From the NCBI RefSeq assembly GCF_009914755.1, contig NC_060947.1: DNA of 64,000 nt; one strand, 5' to 3'. Origin of the DNA: the human T2T-CHM13v2.0 reference genome, Homo sapiens. How positions within the stretch are numbered: position 1 is the stretch's first letter; each line of letters opens with the position of its first letter. Position numbers and translations under genes: made by a program. This document shows, piece after piece, positions 13,766 through 28,529 of the stretch. The notes beneath the pieces were generated by a model, which saw only the letters and a program-made list of their open reading frames with translations, searched no databases and was not told where the DNA came from.

Positions 13766-14277
13766 TGTTATGATACTCAATACATATTTGCTGAATAGAT
13801 CAGTGAGTTCCAGCCTGAATCCTTTCTGCATCCTCTCCTATGTCTCACTGTTGAATCTGTTTTTGGATGCTGAACTTGGCCTTTTATGAGTATCACTCCT
13901 GTCAATTTGAATTTTAAATTTCTCAAAACTTCCATGCAGTGTTCCGCTCTTCTTCTGTATTCTACCAAGAAATTCTTCAAATTATTTTGCAATCCTTATC
14001 TCAAGTATAGTCAACCTTGACATAAAGATAGTCACTTGAATCTTAAATGTCACTCAATTTACTTCAGATCATAACAACCCATTTTCAGGCCCAAGAATGT
14101 TTAATGAAATTATAAAGTGCTTTCATTTCACTCAGCAAGTGAAAAGCTAAAGGGAAGATGAGTAAATATCGCCATGGAATAGAAACGGAAACAAAAGGTA
14201 TTATGATAGCTTTGCTGGTCAGTCATTTTATGTATGGATTAATTTACAAATGCCTAAATTTCCATTAAGGACATTGA

Positions 14278-14904
<627 letters not shown>

Positions 14905-15129
14905 TAAGATGTGATTTTAAGAATCTTTAGAATTTCATTTTGTCACCCTGAGAAGAATGACTTCAGTAATTTTTTTTAAAATGCCTCCTCACTATTATTT
15001 GGTAAGCATTCAGCATTAATGTTAACCAGGCCTATTGCAGCAGGATTCAAATTCTACTCATCAAGTTCTCACAAAGAGAATGAAGTAATGACGAAATTTA
15101 CTAAGTTGAATTTTGTACTTTTGTTCCAG

Positions 15130-15298
15130 AAATCCTGAGCCGTTCACCGCACACTTCCTACCTGGCAGCGATCTGGAGTTTTTTGTAAAACCTCAGGCTG
15201 GAGAACTTCTTCCTTTTAACACAAACGGAACTCTCATCACTGTAGGATTTAAACCTAAAATGTACTGTAGGAAATATAAAGCAACATTAGTAATACAG
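15130..15298 (+). CDS. CFAP47: Penultimate coding exon (169 nt, phase 2-0) of CFAP47-like gene
   Basis: ttttgtactttttgttccag| acceptor; (R)NPEPFTAHFLPGSDLEFFVKPQAGELLPFNTNGTLITVGFKPKMYCRKYKATLVIQ; consensus donor cag|gtgagt; phases fit both neighbouring exons. Confidence 0.85.
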
Positions 15299-16221
15299 GT
15301 GAGTTCTATAAGGGCAATAGCCAAGGATGTTTGATGCAACTAAAGACACTAAATAAACTAGCAAGAAAAGGTTTTACTACATGGTGACAGATAAAGAATA
15401 ACAATTTTGCTGTGCAAAAATCAACTTATCTCAACTGCTACATCTTGGTTTACCTTTCTTTTGTCAAAGAGCAGAATTTTAAGTATGGTATATAACAAAC
15501 AGTTGTCAACACTAGAGGAAAGTTAAAAAAAATACTTTCCTTCCATATTAAGGAACTTTAGAACAGACAAATAATGACTGTAAAGTGATTTGTATAGTTA
15601 TGTATCACTTTCTGTAACATACCTATTCAAGGACTTCATTAACTTTAAGTTATTTGAGATAGGGATTTTGGAGCCCTTAATTAAGGCAGAGTATTGGCAA
15701 GATGTTGAAGTCTAACATAAAAAAAAGGAATAATATATAACATTTATTTTGAATTGAAAAAAAAAATGATGTGAGCCAGTAATTATCTGTTAAAGTCATC
15801 ATTTTATTAACAGTTAAGGTAAATACAATTTTGAACATTTATTCAGTAACCAAAGTTGCTCTATAAAGTTTCACACATATTTTATAGTAAGAGCTTTCAG
15901 GCTAAATACAACTTTCAAACTACTTCTAAAAAGGTATCTATTACCACTGTCTACTTTCAGTAGCATTGGCACACAAGCATGTTGTCATATACACACAACT
16001 CCTGGTACAAAAGCGATTTCTAGATTTCTCAGTCAAGCAATAATTAGCCAGTGCCATAGGCAGAAAAAATTTATTGTTTTATTTAACAGAGACAAAATAT
16101 TGAATATTGTTTGAGGAAGTTATTTCTATTCTTTTCATCTTTCTAAGAGTCCTTACAATCTAGGTAGTAAGAAGAAAAAGCATTTGTTGACATTTTGCAC
16201 CTACCTTGTTGCCTACATTGA

Positions 16222-16522
<301 letters not shown>

Positions 16523-17819
16523 TTGATATATAATTTAAAGTGATCATATTGTACTTGCTTCAGTTTGCTTTAAGGGGATTAAATGGCATCTTTAAAAATA
16601 TTTTCAACTTAAAATTATATTCATTTTATCTAGCATACAGTAGACAGTTCTGCAATTAACAGAAGGCTTTACCAACAAAACCTGTGCCTGATTTCTCTGT
16701 GTTGATTTGACAAATTACTGGCAGTGCAATTAAAGATTTTATGTGAGGGAACAAGTTGTTACATGGGAACAACAGAGAATATGCCATTTTTAGCCTGAAG
16801 TGGTACAATTTGATACAGTTTATGTAGGGAAAATTGAGTTTGAAACGTTTAAGAAATCATGATTTTCTTAATTCTACTTTTATTATTGAAAATTCCAAAT
16901 GTGTGTAGAAATAGAGAGCATAATTAATCACCATGCACTAATAATCCAGTATGAACATTCATCAACTTATGGCCAATTCTGCTTCACCTATATGCCTACT
17001 CTCTTCCCCACCTTCTGTATAAAGGGTTACCTTGTGCTAAGCATATCCAACACTGTAATTCTTGCCCTACCCCTGACAACCACTAATCTTGTAATTTCTA
17101 GAACATTATATAAATGGAACCATTAAATCATTAAAGCATTATCCAAATAAAAAATATTATTTGCATTATCATCTTTTTTAAATGAATGATTTTAAGCATT
17201 AAGTCAATGTTTGCAACTATATTATCTTCATTTTGCCTCACTTGGAAATAAAAATGATGATTTTAAAGAACGTGTTAATTAAATATTAGCCCAAACAAAC
17301 CTCAATAATCTTGTTCACAAGTTTCATAATTTCCCATTCCATTAAATCAAATTTAAAATTGTTAAAAGCTGTCTTTTCCCACTAGTAAACAAGATATATA
17401 GTGCTAGTTTTGAGACTTTGAGACTAAAGTTTACTTATTTAGTCTGTTTTACAAAAAGCGGTGCCACTCAAAGAGAGTACTAAATCTGCTCAACTTTCCC
17501 TTGGTGGATATGATAAATCTTAGTTTATGAAAATGTGAGGATTATCAGAATTATCTAACATAAAATATATGATGCTTTATCTTTATACTTATATAAATTA
17601 TTCATATATATTACACAGTAATATATAATACATAAGATTATATATGATAGTGATTTCATTGATAATATATAAGTAATATAGTATTCATATAAGTAATATT
17701 TATATACAGATGTACCTGTTATAACTAGAGACATAACCAGACATTGATAATTTGTGTTTGCCTTTAAAGGAATAGATCATTAGCATGAAATTGTGGGAAA
17801 TGGCATTGTAAATATCTTG

Positions 17820-18345
17820 GTTTGTATTTCCTCAGATGCAGATCTTGAAATCAGGATTGAAATCCAAGTACCATATTTGCTATGTGATCTCAATTAACAG
17901 ATGTAGGGAAGACAGGATGTGAGATAGGGAAGGGGAAGAAATCGATAAAGGGTACTTTATCCAGGCATCTGCCACAGTGAGCAACTGGAAAGGAATCCCG
18001 TGGAAGATCTCTGGGAAATGGCGTGGAACACATACCTCAGAGTTTTCACACCTGAGAGGTTAAGAAAGTTTGGTTACATATACAGTAACCGCCACTATTC
18101 CAATCATTGATTGAAGAGTGCTCTCAGGGATTGTTCAAACTCTAGCACCAGTAGAGAAGCCTTCTGGGGTTTCTGAACAATCTTGAGCCAAAGAGGTACA
18201 AAATTGATCTATGAAGTTTCACACATATTTTATAGTAAGGACTTTTAGGCTAAAGACAACTTTCAATCTTACAATTGAAAGTTGAAGCAGGCAGTGATAT
18301 GAAAACACCTGAGGGTTGTGGGTGGACACAGACCACATTTGCTAA
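17820..18345 (-). mobile_element. Old MaLR LTR (MLT1-type)
   Basis: cctcagatgcagatcttga..gtgagatagggaaggggaagaa..gagcaactgg..catacctcagagtt..tgggtggacacagaccacatttgcta resembles MLT1I/J/K-like LTRs. Confidence 0.6.
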
Positions 18346-19799
18346 TGGATAAGTATCAATTGTTTCCATTCATAGAACTATGCCTTAAATATATAGCTTT
18401 CTTAATGGAAACTCGGGAAATAAAAATATATATACAGCTTTGGTTATTCAGTCCATGAGATCACGGACTTTGGGTGATCTCTTTTCAGAACACAGAGAGA
18501 CACAACCTGAATGTGGAAGTTTCATCTGTTTATTTTTTTAAATTTCTTTAAATAAATAGTTGAGAAGTATAATTGTCAATTTGGCATTTTTTGTGAAAAA
18601 TCAATGTGGTAATTCTATGAGATGTTAGTAATATGGAAGTATTAATGTATTCTTATATTATTTTAACTTCTGTTCTGTATTTATATTTTCAAAGGGAGAT
18701 TGGGGATAGAAGATATAAAGTTATATCTTTAAATTTTTTAAAATATACATGGATAGTTGCTTTTATTTATGGTTAAACTGAAGAAATTTAGCTATATGTA
18801 AAACAACTATAATGTTCAATCTTTATTTCATAAAATAAGGCTATTAATGTTGTATAGCTGTTTGGAATGAAGAGTATGAACAACTTCCATACACACACAC
18901 GAAGCACACACACACAAGCACACACACACTCAGCATCACTTATTGTAAAATTTAAATCTTAATTGAATTTCAATAAATGTAATTGGGACTTTAAAACAAT
19001 GTTTTTAAAAGTAATTATTTTCAAAGTGTCTTGGCGAAGGTGAAGGTACAAGTCCATACTTTTAGCTCTCATTTGTACCCACTAAGTGCTGAATAAGGAT
19101 ATAGATCCCTTCATATAGCTTACTCATGTATACCCACTAAATGCTGGCCGTGGGCACAGGGCCCTTCAGTAACTCAGGCATTAGTATCAAATGCCAGGCA
19201 TGGTGTAGGTCTCTGCATTTAGCTCACTCATTTTTACCCATCAAGTGGGTCAATGTACTGGAAAATATATGTATATGCACAATCACTAAAATATAGCTTT
19301 GTTTTTCAAATTAAACATCCTTATACGAAGTAAAATTTTTTTTTACCCAGTCGTATTATGCTCCTTGGTTTGGTCCACTTTTGACACACTGATTCTGAAT
19401 ACATAATTATTACAAACACTAGATAAATGGTCCAGATATGATTAGGATGAGGCTATTAAGAATGTATTGTTGTGCAATACATTCTTGTATTGTTGTGCAA
19501 GACATTCTTGCACTTAATATTAATTGACAGGTATCACACTACATATAAAGCTCAGAGCGTTGCAATATTCACTTTGTCTGGACCTATTCTGAATGAGTTT
19601 TCTGAGTATACGTGGTGTAAATCTTAATGTTAGGAGGACACCAGTATAAACACAGGTGGTTTCAGGAAGTTCTGCACAAGGAATGAGACTTCAGTATAAA
19701 CATAAACATATATGCAGAAGAAATGAAGAATGTTTAAATAAATCACTGTGTAAATTCTACTCACTTGGATTTAGATGGTGATTGTCAGCAATGATCCTA

Positions 19800-20281
<482 letters not shown>

Positions 20282-20576
20282 TCATACTGTACAACAGTCT
20301 TATGCAAGCCAAATAGATTGCTTTCCCTTATTATCAGATGGATGCGTAGTTTACAGGGAGAATCTCTGAGAGATTTTTTAGTAAATAATTCTTAATTCAT
20401 AAAGTGAAATACTTTCTTTATTTTCCACATTAATTGTCACTCTAAGTGGTTTCAGTTTTGTACCTTTTCCATACTCTACATGGAGAACAGAAGATGTTAA
20501 TTATAGTGAACTTTTCCCTACATGTTTTGAAGTCCCTGGATATTTCAAATGAAAATTTCTCCCTCTTTCTATCCAG

Positions 20577-20786
20577 ACAGAAGAAATGTACTGGAAGTAT
20601 GAGATCAATGGATTAACTCCAACTACCGTGCCACCAAAAAATGCAAAAGCCAAAATTGATGCTACTCACAAGACACATGACAACATGCCAGTCCGTCCAC
20701 ATAATTTTGTCCGTGAAAATACTAAACTCATAAGAACAGGGGTGTCTTCCACCATCAAGGGTGCTCCTTTGGTGAAGAATCAATAA
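20577..20786 (+). CDS. CFAP47: Terminal coding exon of CFAP47-like gene (ends with TAA)
   Basis: tttctccctctttctatccag| acceptor in phase 0; TEEMYWKYEINGLTPTTVPPKNAKAKIDATHKTHDNMPVRPHNFVRENTKLIRTGVSSTIKGAPLVKNQ*; no in-frame stop across the three spliced exons. Confidence 0.85.
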   Translation, partial: TEEMYWKYEINGLTPTTVPPKNAKAKIDATHKTHDNMPVRPHNFVRENTKLIRTGVSSTIKGAPLVKNQ

Positions 20787-21074
20787 AATTTTTTTCCAAA
20801 ATATTTCTTGGTCTCAGGTAGAACTTTGATGACTATTATTTCATCTTTTGGAATATTTCTGAGGAATAATGGTTTAATTATAATAGGCCTTCTATATTTC
20901 CTTGTCTTTTAAAATTCAATCTGTTCTCTGAATATATTATACTTCATTTGTGAGTTATGAATGTTTTTTGGTTGCGAACATTGGAATTGGTTCACTTTTA
21001 AAGTGCAGGTGTATATTTGTGGTAAAACGAAATATAATTTAAATGACAACAGTATTTCCAATAACAGCGTTGCT

Positions 21075-21080
21075 AATAAA
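21075..21080 (+). promoter_or_regulatory. Probable polyadenylation signal (3'UTR about 310 nt)
   Basis: AATAAA about 290 nt after the stop, followed by a T/GT-rich tract (ttccttgttagtctttatgtttt) before repeat sequence starts. Confidence 0.7.
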
Positions 21081-21119
21081 GCTAAATGTCTCATGTAGAT
21101 ATTCCTTGTTAGTCTTTAT

Positions 21120-21622
21120 GTTTTAATTGACAACTAAACATTGTATATATTTATGGTATACAACATATTTTGAAATATGCATACATTGCAGCATGGTTAG
21201 CCTGAGCTAATTAATACATGCATTGCCTTACATACTTATTTTTTGTAGTAAGAACACTTAAAATATACTTTCTTAGCCATTTTCAACTATATAATACATT
21301 GTTATTAACTATCACCACCATGTTGTACAGCAGATCTCTTGAACTTCTTATTCCTCCTATCTAACTGAAATTTTGTATACTTTGACCAGCATCTCCCTAT
21401 CATCCTGATTCCCCCTACCCAGCTCCTGGTAATTAGCATTGTACTCTTGTATGAGTTCACTATTTTTAGATTTCACATATAAGTGAGATCATGCAGTATT
21501 TGTTTTTCTGTGCCTGGCTTGTTTTACTTAATGTCATATCTTCCAGGTTCATCCATGTTGTCACAAATGGCAGGATTTCCTTCTTTTTAAAGGCTGAACG
21601 GTATCTCATTGTGTATATATTT
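21120..21622 (-). mobile_element. L1MA 3' end fragment
   Basis: tttttaattgacaa..ttgtatatatttatggtatacaacat..gagatcatgcagtatttgtttttctgtgcctggctt..aatggcaggatttccttc. Confidence 0.85.
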
Positions 21623-22132
21623 CAAATACTAGTATTGCTATTAAAGCTCAATTTCCCATGTAGATGTTGCTTGTGAGTCTTTAAAACATTAATGATTAAA
21701 TTAGCACTGAAGACAGAAGGATTGACCATTTCTTATATCTGCTTTATAAAATATATGCTTATATCGTATATCTTCTATTTGGAATATTATGTGCTATTTA
21801 AAAAGTAATTAATTAAAAATTCCATGTAGATATGTGTATGTAGTTCATCTACTTCTATATTGCAGCATTTAAATAATATAGGTATATCTCAAAAGGATCC
21901 AGGAGAAAGTTCATTTCGATGTGTGTCTGATCCTTTTCAGTAATGTATTAATCAAAGTAAAGGGGAGTATGTTGCTTGGTACTTATCATTAAAGGGAAGC
22001 CAGTATGGACCAGCTTTAAGATATTTTGACACAAACTGGCTCTGCCACAAAACATTCATGTATTCTTAAGCAAGTTGCTTACCCTTTTTTACCCTATTTT
22101 CTTGTTTCCAAAATGAAGGGACTATACTAGGA

Positions 22133-22450
22133 CAGAGGTTGGCATACTATGGTCCATGGGATGAATGTAGACTGCCATCTATTTTTATATAGCACATTAG
22201 CTAGGAACAATTTTTACATTGTTAAATGGTTGAAAAAATAAATAGAAGAATATTGTGTGACACAAGAACATTATATAACATTCAAATTTCACTGCCTATA
22301 AATAAAGTTTTACTGGAGTACAGCACAATCACTTCCTTATATATTGTCTGTAATTGCTTTGCACTACAACAGCAAAGTTGAGTAGACAGAAACCACATGG
22401 CTGCAAAGCTTAAACTGTTTATTCTCTATCTCTTTACAGAAAATGTTTGG
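22133..22450 (+). mobile_element. hAT-Charlie MER58-like DNA transposon (a MIR fragment lies just upstream, about 22000-22130)
   Basis: cagaggttggcatactatgg..ttcaaatttcactgcctataaataaagttttactgga..gcactacaacagcaaagttgagtag..tttacagaaaatgtttg. Confidence 0.75.
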
Positions 22451-23862
22451 AAACGTATCTTTGGGATTAATTTGTATTGTCTGTAGCAATTGAGAAAGAG
22501 GGGAGTGGAAGTCCATATTCCATGGATTTAACATCCATGGATTTGGGAAAAACTCACTCTTTTTTTTTACTGTATCCGGTCTTTCTTCTTCTAACTTGGT
22601 GATACCCTGTGAACTTGTGTCTTGAGTCATCTTCCCAGCTCACTCTTGCCAAGATAGGAATACATTCTGCTTGCTCTTATGATCCCTGGTGGTAGTTCCA
22701 TTTTTATCTAACACTAATGAACCCTTCTATAAATACACAAAATAAATGATTATTATATAGATAATAGATGATGAATTTTCAGTCATGTTGCATTGAAGAG
22801 AGCACAGGAAATTTAGGTAAGTTAATTGGTGTTTATGTATATGTTCTAAAAGTGACTTTATCACATGTATAACTAAGAGTCTTGAGAGGATGAATAAACA
22901 ATCCCTACACTGTTGCTACATGTTCAAAACACTTTCTTTTACTTCTTTGCTCTTTTATAAAGCTAATATGAACAAGTTATTCTTGAATTCCGAAGCAGCC
23001 CATTGGAACGAATGATGTGGGACAATTTGGCCAAGTTCAAGTTGATAATTCTGGCAGTAAAGGAAAGAATAATTGAATGAATACCACAATTCCAAAAATA
23101 TGGAATCTTCCATTGGACTTAGAAGATGATCCTGGATTGCTTTCTTCACAAGAAGAGATTAGAAGTACATGCTATTCAAGGTGATATTTATTCTTTTTAT
23201 TTAAGCTATCAAGAAGACATAAGGGGCAAGGTCATAGTGTCAAACTCTCCCCTCTCCTGCCCCATCAATTTGTGGACTATTTTACATTCAAAAGGTTTGA
23301 AATTAGATCAGAAGATTAAACTTTTCCTTTGGCAGTCTTTTTCATTTTCAATTTCTTGTAAAAGCTTTTTTTCAGAATGTCCATCTTTACACAGTTATGA
23401 TTATAGCTCTTATGGTAACTTTTAGGGCAAAATCAATAAGACCTCTTAAAATTCTGCAAGAAAGACCAGTTTTGTTTTATTTTATTTTATTCTAATAGTA
23501 CAAAGGCATTGGGAAAGGATTCAGTGAGAGTAAACTTGCATTGTGTACTTCCAGATATTTCTTAGTCCAGCACTAGTGAATATCAATGGCTCTTAAATGG
23601 CATCAAACCAATTCAGAGATGAAAGCAGTTACGTGGGAAACATAGAGTGATTATAAAGAGATCTAACAATGTCCTAATAGCCTCAAAATTCTTCCCTAAT
23701 TCTTAGAGAACAAAGAACATGCTATGTTATGTCGATATTCATAGTTTCATATTAAAAATGCAGTCTGGAAATAAAAAACTCTAAGATGTTTTACTTGGAG
23801 TTTCTTATTTGAGGATCACGAATTGCCCCTTAGTATGTGAATTCTCTGAAGAATGCAAGATA

Positions 23863-24162
<300 letters not shown>

Positions 24163-24977
24163 GAAGGGAAGATGAGATTTTTTGGGGGGGAATCTGAAAG
24201 TTCCACATAAATCTGACATTGTACTTACACAAAATACATATGCAAATTTGAAAGATGATTGTATAATCTCTGAACCCGGATTAAATACTTATCAATTTAC
24301 TCATGGGTTTATGCCTTTTATTAGGAAACAGATGTTGAGTACCGCTCAGAACTAGTTTCTGTACTCCATCCTAAGATAAAAAGAGAAAAGAATCCTGATC
24401 AAAACTTTCTTGACAGTGCTTCTTGAATGGTAAAGAAAGCAGGTATGAGCTGGTAGTTCCCATACTTGTGGAAAGTGCTGTCATTGAGAGCTTGGTGTGG
24501 AAGCCTAGAGGTAGAAATCTGGCAGAGGAGAGAGAAAAGGCTTCAAATTGGAGTCTTCCAAGTATAGAAGAGGAGTAACAAGAAGAAACAACTTGAATTT
24601 GGAGGAGGAACATGTGAAAACATGGCCAGTCTCAAGAGTAGGAAGAAGTGGCTGAAGCTCAGAAAAATAGTATAGGGGGTGACGAAAAAGGTGGGAACGA
24701 ATGTAAGTGAGAACAGTTGACCTTAAGGTGACTCACATTCTTAGTTCAGGGACGACATGAAATAAAAATGTAAGAAGATGAGCTCAAATTTGAATATGCT
24801 ATTTTTAGGTAAAGATATGGCATTTGTATTGAAATGACCAGTTAACAGACAGATACACTTACATGGAACTTAGAACAGGAATTTGATTTTGACGTAAATT
24901 TTATGACTCATTGGTTAATTATTTGTCAAAAACCAATCTGTACAAGGCAAGGCTTAGACAAAGTTTATTAAAAAAAC

Positions 24978-25146
24978 AGTAGTTCTCAAACTTTAGTATG
25001 CATTATAATTATCTGAGTTGATTACAAAATGCAGATTTATAATATTCACATTCTCTCATTCTGATTCAGTATTTTTGAAGTGAGATCCAAGAATGTATGT
25101 TTTAACACATGCTCCAGATGATTCCAAGGTTCACACATTAAGAAAA
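24978..25146. mobile_element. MER5-like hAT MITE
   Basis: cagtagttctcaaacttt..aaaatgcagatt..tctgattcagta..ttttaacacatgctccagatgattc. Confidence 0.65.
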
Positions 25147-25409
25147 AATATTGAGTAAGAGAAGCAAGGCATAAAAACAACCCAGAAAAATGAAAACTTT
25201 CGAATTAGCAACAAGCATAGAAATGAAAAAGAGGTGGTATACACTGAGAAGAAACTAGTTAGAAAGAGATATGTGTGGATCTTCCTCCTGAGGTGGGAGT
25301 ACTCCAGTCAAGGGTGCTGTCCTCACTGAGCCAACCACAGCAAGGCATAGGTCTTGGAGAAAAGACTGGACGATGTGGAATAATTACCCACTGGGAATAA
25401 AAGGTTAAG

Positions 25410-26481
25410 GGGAAGCCATGGATTGAATGTGCGTGGCAACTTCTGCCTAGATTTCAGAGGATGTATCAGATAGTTTGAGTGCCCAGGCAGAAGCCTGACA
25501 CAGGAACAAACTTCACAGAAAGCCTCTCCTAAGACAGTACCTAGTAGACCCTCGGAAGCAGGTCTTCTCCCCTTCAGACCCAAGAATTATAGAGCCACCA
25601 GTAGCACGCAACCCCAGCCTGGAAAAGCGATAGGCATTCAACTCCTACTAATGTTAGCAGCCACATGGACTGCACCCAGCAAAGGGAGGGGCTGCCTCTG
25701 GCCTTGGGAGCCCACTCCTTATACCAGTGTGCCCAAGATGTAGGATATGGTGTTAATGGTGGTTATTTTAGAGCTTTAAGATTTAATGCCTATCTTTCTG
25801 GGTTTCAACTTATGTGGGACCTGTTTCCAGTTTCCTTTGGCCTATTTCTCCCTTTTAGAATCATATCTTGGAAGTAAACAATATGATTTTGATTTTACAG
25901 GCTCATAGCTGTAAGGAACTTTCCTTGAGTCTTAGGACTTTGGACTTCGGAATTTTGAATTGATGCTGGAGCATGTTAAGACTTTTGGGGACCATTGGAG
26001 ACCACTGAGATGAAATGATTGTATTTTGTATGTGAGAAACAGATGAGATTTAGGGTTTCAGGGGCAGAATGCTATGCTTTGGATATTTGACTCTCCAAAT
26101 GTTGAAATCTGATCTCAATATTGGGGATGGGTGCCTAATGGGAGGTGTTTAGGTCATGGGGCAGATGCCTCATGAATGGCTTCATGCAGTCCTTGTGGTA
26201 ACGAGTGAATTCACTCTCTATTAGTTCTCATGAGAACTTCTTGTTAAAAAGAAGCTGGCACCTGCCTTCCCTCTCTCTCTCACTTCCTCTCTTCCCATGT
26301 GATCTGCATGTGTTGGCTCTCCTTTACCTTTCACCATGAGTCGAAGTGCTTAAAAGCCTCACCAGAAGCAGATGCTGGTGTCATGACTTTTGTACAGTCA
26401 GCAGAACCATGAGCCAAAACACTAATAAATAAATACCCAGCCTCAGGTATTTCTTTATTACAACACCAATGTAGTAAGACA
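25410..26481 (+). mobile_element. MaLR MST-type element: 3' internal fragment plus LTR (26070-26481)
   Basis: Internal cctagatttcagaggatgtat..ccttgggagcccac..ggactttggact; purine tract ggggcagaa then TG..CA LTR with aataaa..cccagcctcaggtatttcttta..aagaca. Confidence 0.85.
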
Positions 26482-28529
26482 AGGCTGGAAGAATTTGGAG
26501 GACCAGGATAGAAAAAGCCTAGATTGCTGTGAATAGAGCAAATTTATTATAAAATATTTGTCAAATTTGTCAAATTATTTCATACAATTAACATCATCAA
26601 GAAGCAATTCCTGTCCTGTATTTAGTTGGTTGTATTTTTACTTTTAAAAGCTAACTTATTTTTTAATTGACAAAATTTTTATATATTTATCCTGCACAAC
26701 ATGTTGTTTTGAAATATGTATACATTGTAAAACAGCTACATTGAGCTAATTAACATACATTTTCTCAAACACTTATTTTTCATGGCAAGAACACTTAGAA
26801 CGTTGGTTGTATTTCTTAGCTTTAGATTTCTTCATGCATTTTAGAATTGTGGATCACAGGCTTATTTGAGGGGAACGTATTTTTTGCTTTGCATTGCTTT
26901 ATTTTTCTTTAATTCCCTTGGCTCCCTCCTCCCTGACAAGAAGTTATGAGGCTATTTTATGATCAAGGGTTGTGCCTCCTCCCTGGTAGGGATATGAAGC
27001 ATTTACAAGACTGGTTAGTGAGCCTCAGGACAGGGCTGTCCTGAGGCTCTGCCAGTATCCTCAGGCTTATATTGCCTGGAAACCCCACAAAAATTGTAGC
27101 CTCAGGCACCAGTTGTCAGTATATTTTCACTCTAATTTTATTAATCATAAGCTCCTGGATTTAAGCAGTGAGGCCAACTTTATTTCTCCATTTTACACAG
27201 ATCTGTAGTCCTTCCCACCCCCTAGGAGATGAAGTTGTAGCTTCTATTGCCTGCTTTGGAATATGGTACTTCAGCTCCGTTAACCACTTCAGCCTTCTAT
27301 TTTTGTCTCTGGTCTATGAAAATGTTTATCTTGTCAAGTCTCTTTGATTATTTATTTTTATACTGTATCCATCTTTGCCAAATTTGTAGAGCAGAAGGGG
27401 TTACATCAAAGAAGAAAAAGAGCATGCCATTTTTGCTGGTGTCCCTGGGTTCATTTTTAACTCACATTCCATTAGTGATTTTCAGTGTAATTCATAAAGG
27501 AAATCCAACCACTTTGAAGTAAAAATGACTATGGAGTATCCAGTAATTTAAAAATATAGATGATAATCAATTACTAAAGTTCTTTCTGCTCTGTTTCAAG
27601 AGGTGCTTAGCATTTAAAGAGTTATCTAAAACTGCAATTCAATCAACTAGTTAAGGATATTGGAATGGTTCCTCCTCATCAGCTATCACTGAGAAGAGCC
27701 TCAGTGTCTACATTTTAGTGTTGGTTAAGTAATTTTTATACCCTTTTCTGCAAGAGTGAAAAAATTTACACTGAATATCAGGTTGTTGAATCTTTATATC
27801 TTTGCTTGTACATTAACATGTACCTGAGTGAAGGTCTGAAGTACTCTGTTTTTAAGCCCTAAAATGTTGTGTTTTATTGAGCTTTAAGCTGAAGGTCTTA
27901 TCTTTAAAAATTATACCTACAAGGAAACAATCATTTCCTCTTATAAGAAGCACTACATTAATCTAAATTGAGACATAGACTGTATATTTTACCATATTAT
28001 ACCATATTATATGGTTTTACCATGTTTGCCATATTATAAAGTCTGCATAGACAGATTAACATTTTTATTCAAGTGAACTAAGAATGTATGTATCGATTAA
28101 TTCACTCTACTGGACCTCAGCTGAGAAATATCCTTAGTATGCTTCAAGTCATTGACCATAGGTGGGGAATCCTCTGTATCCAGACATCCAGCAGGGTCCC
28201 TCTCCCTTTACGTTTCAATCTGCTAAGATTCCAAAGTGATGAATTTCACTTGGCTTGCCTCTTAATTATTTTACTCCATGATTTGGTTGAAGACTTTGAG
28301 CCCTATGCTGGAACAATTCTTCTTTCTTGTTCTGCACAGATCAGGTCTTCCTCCAGTGTTCAAGCCATATTTACTTTCTGTGCACTGACTCAGCGGTGTC
28401 CACTGTGGACACCGCTTTCTTATGGCTTTTGCTTACGTCTCTTATCTTTATCAATTATTGGCCTCTTCTGTTTCCCTCCATCATGCCAGCACTGAATGAA
28501 GGCCATAAAACCTTAGATGGGAATTTGAG

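Noticed and set aside
17575-17710. Very AT-rich stretch
   Set aside because: Low-complexity sequence with no defined period or structure.
19045-19250. Repeat-spacer pattern reminiscent of CRISPR
   Set aside because: Eukaryotic context, highly degenerate units, homologous spacers and no cas genes.
28088-28495. 135-aa ATG-initiated ORF
   Set aside because: No recognisable domain, convincing splice structure or promoter; compatible with chance.
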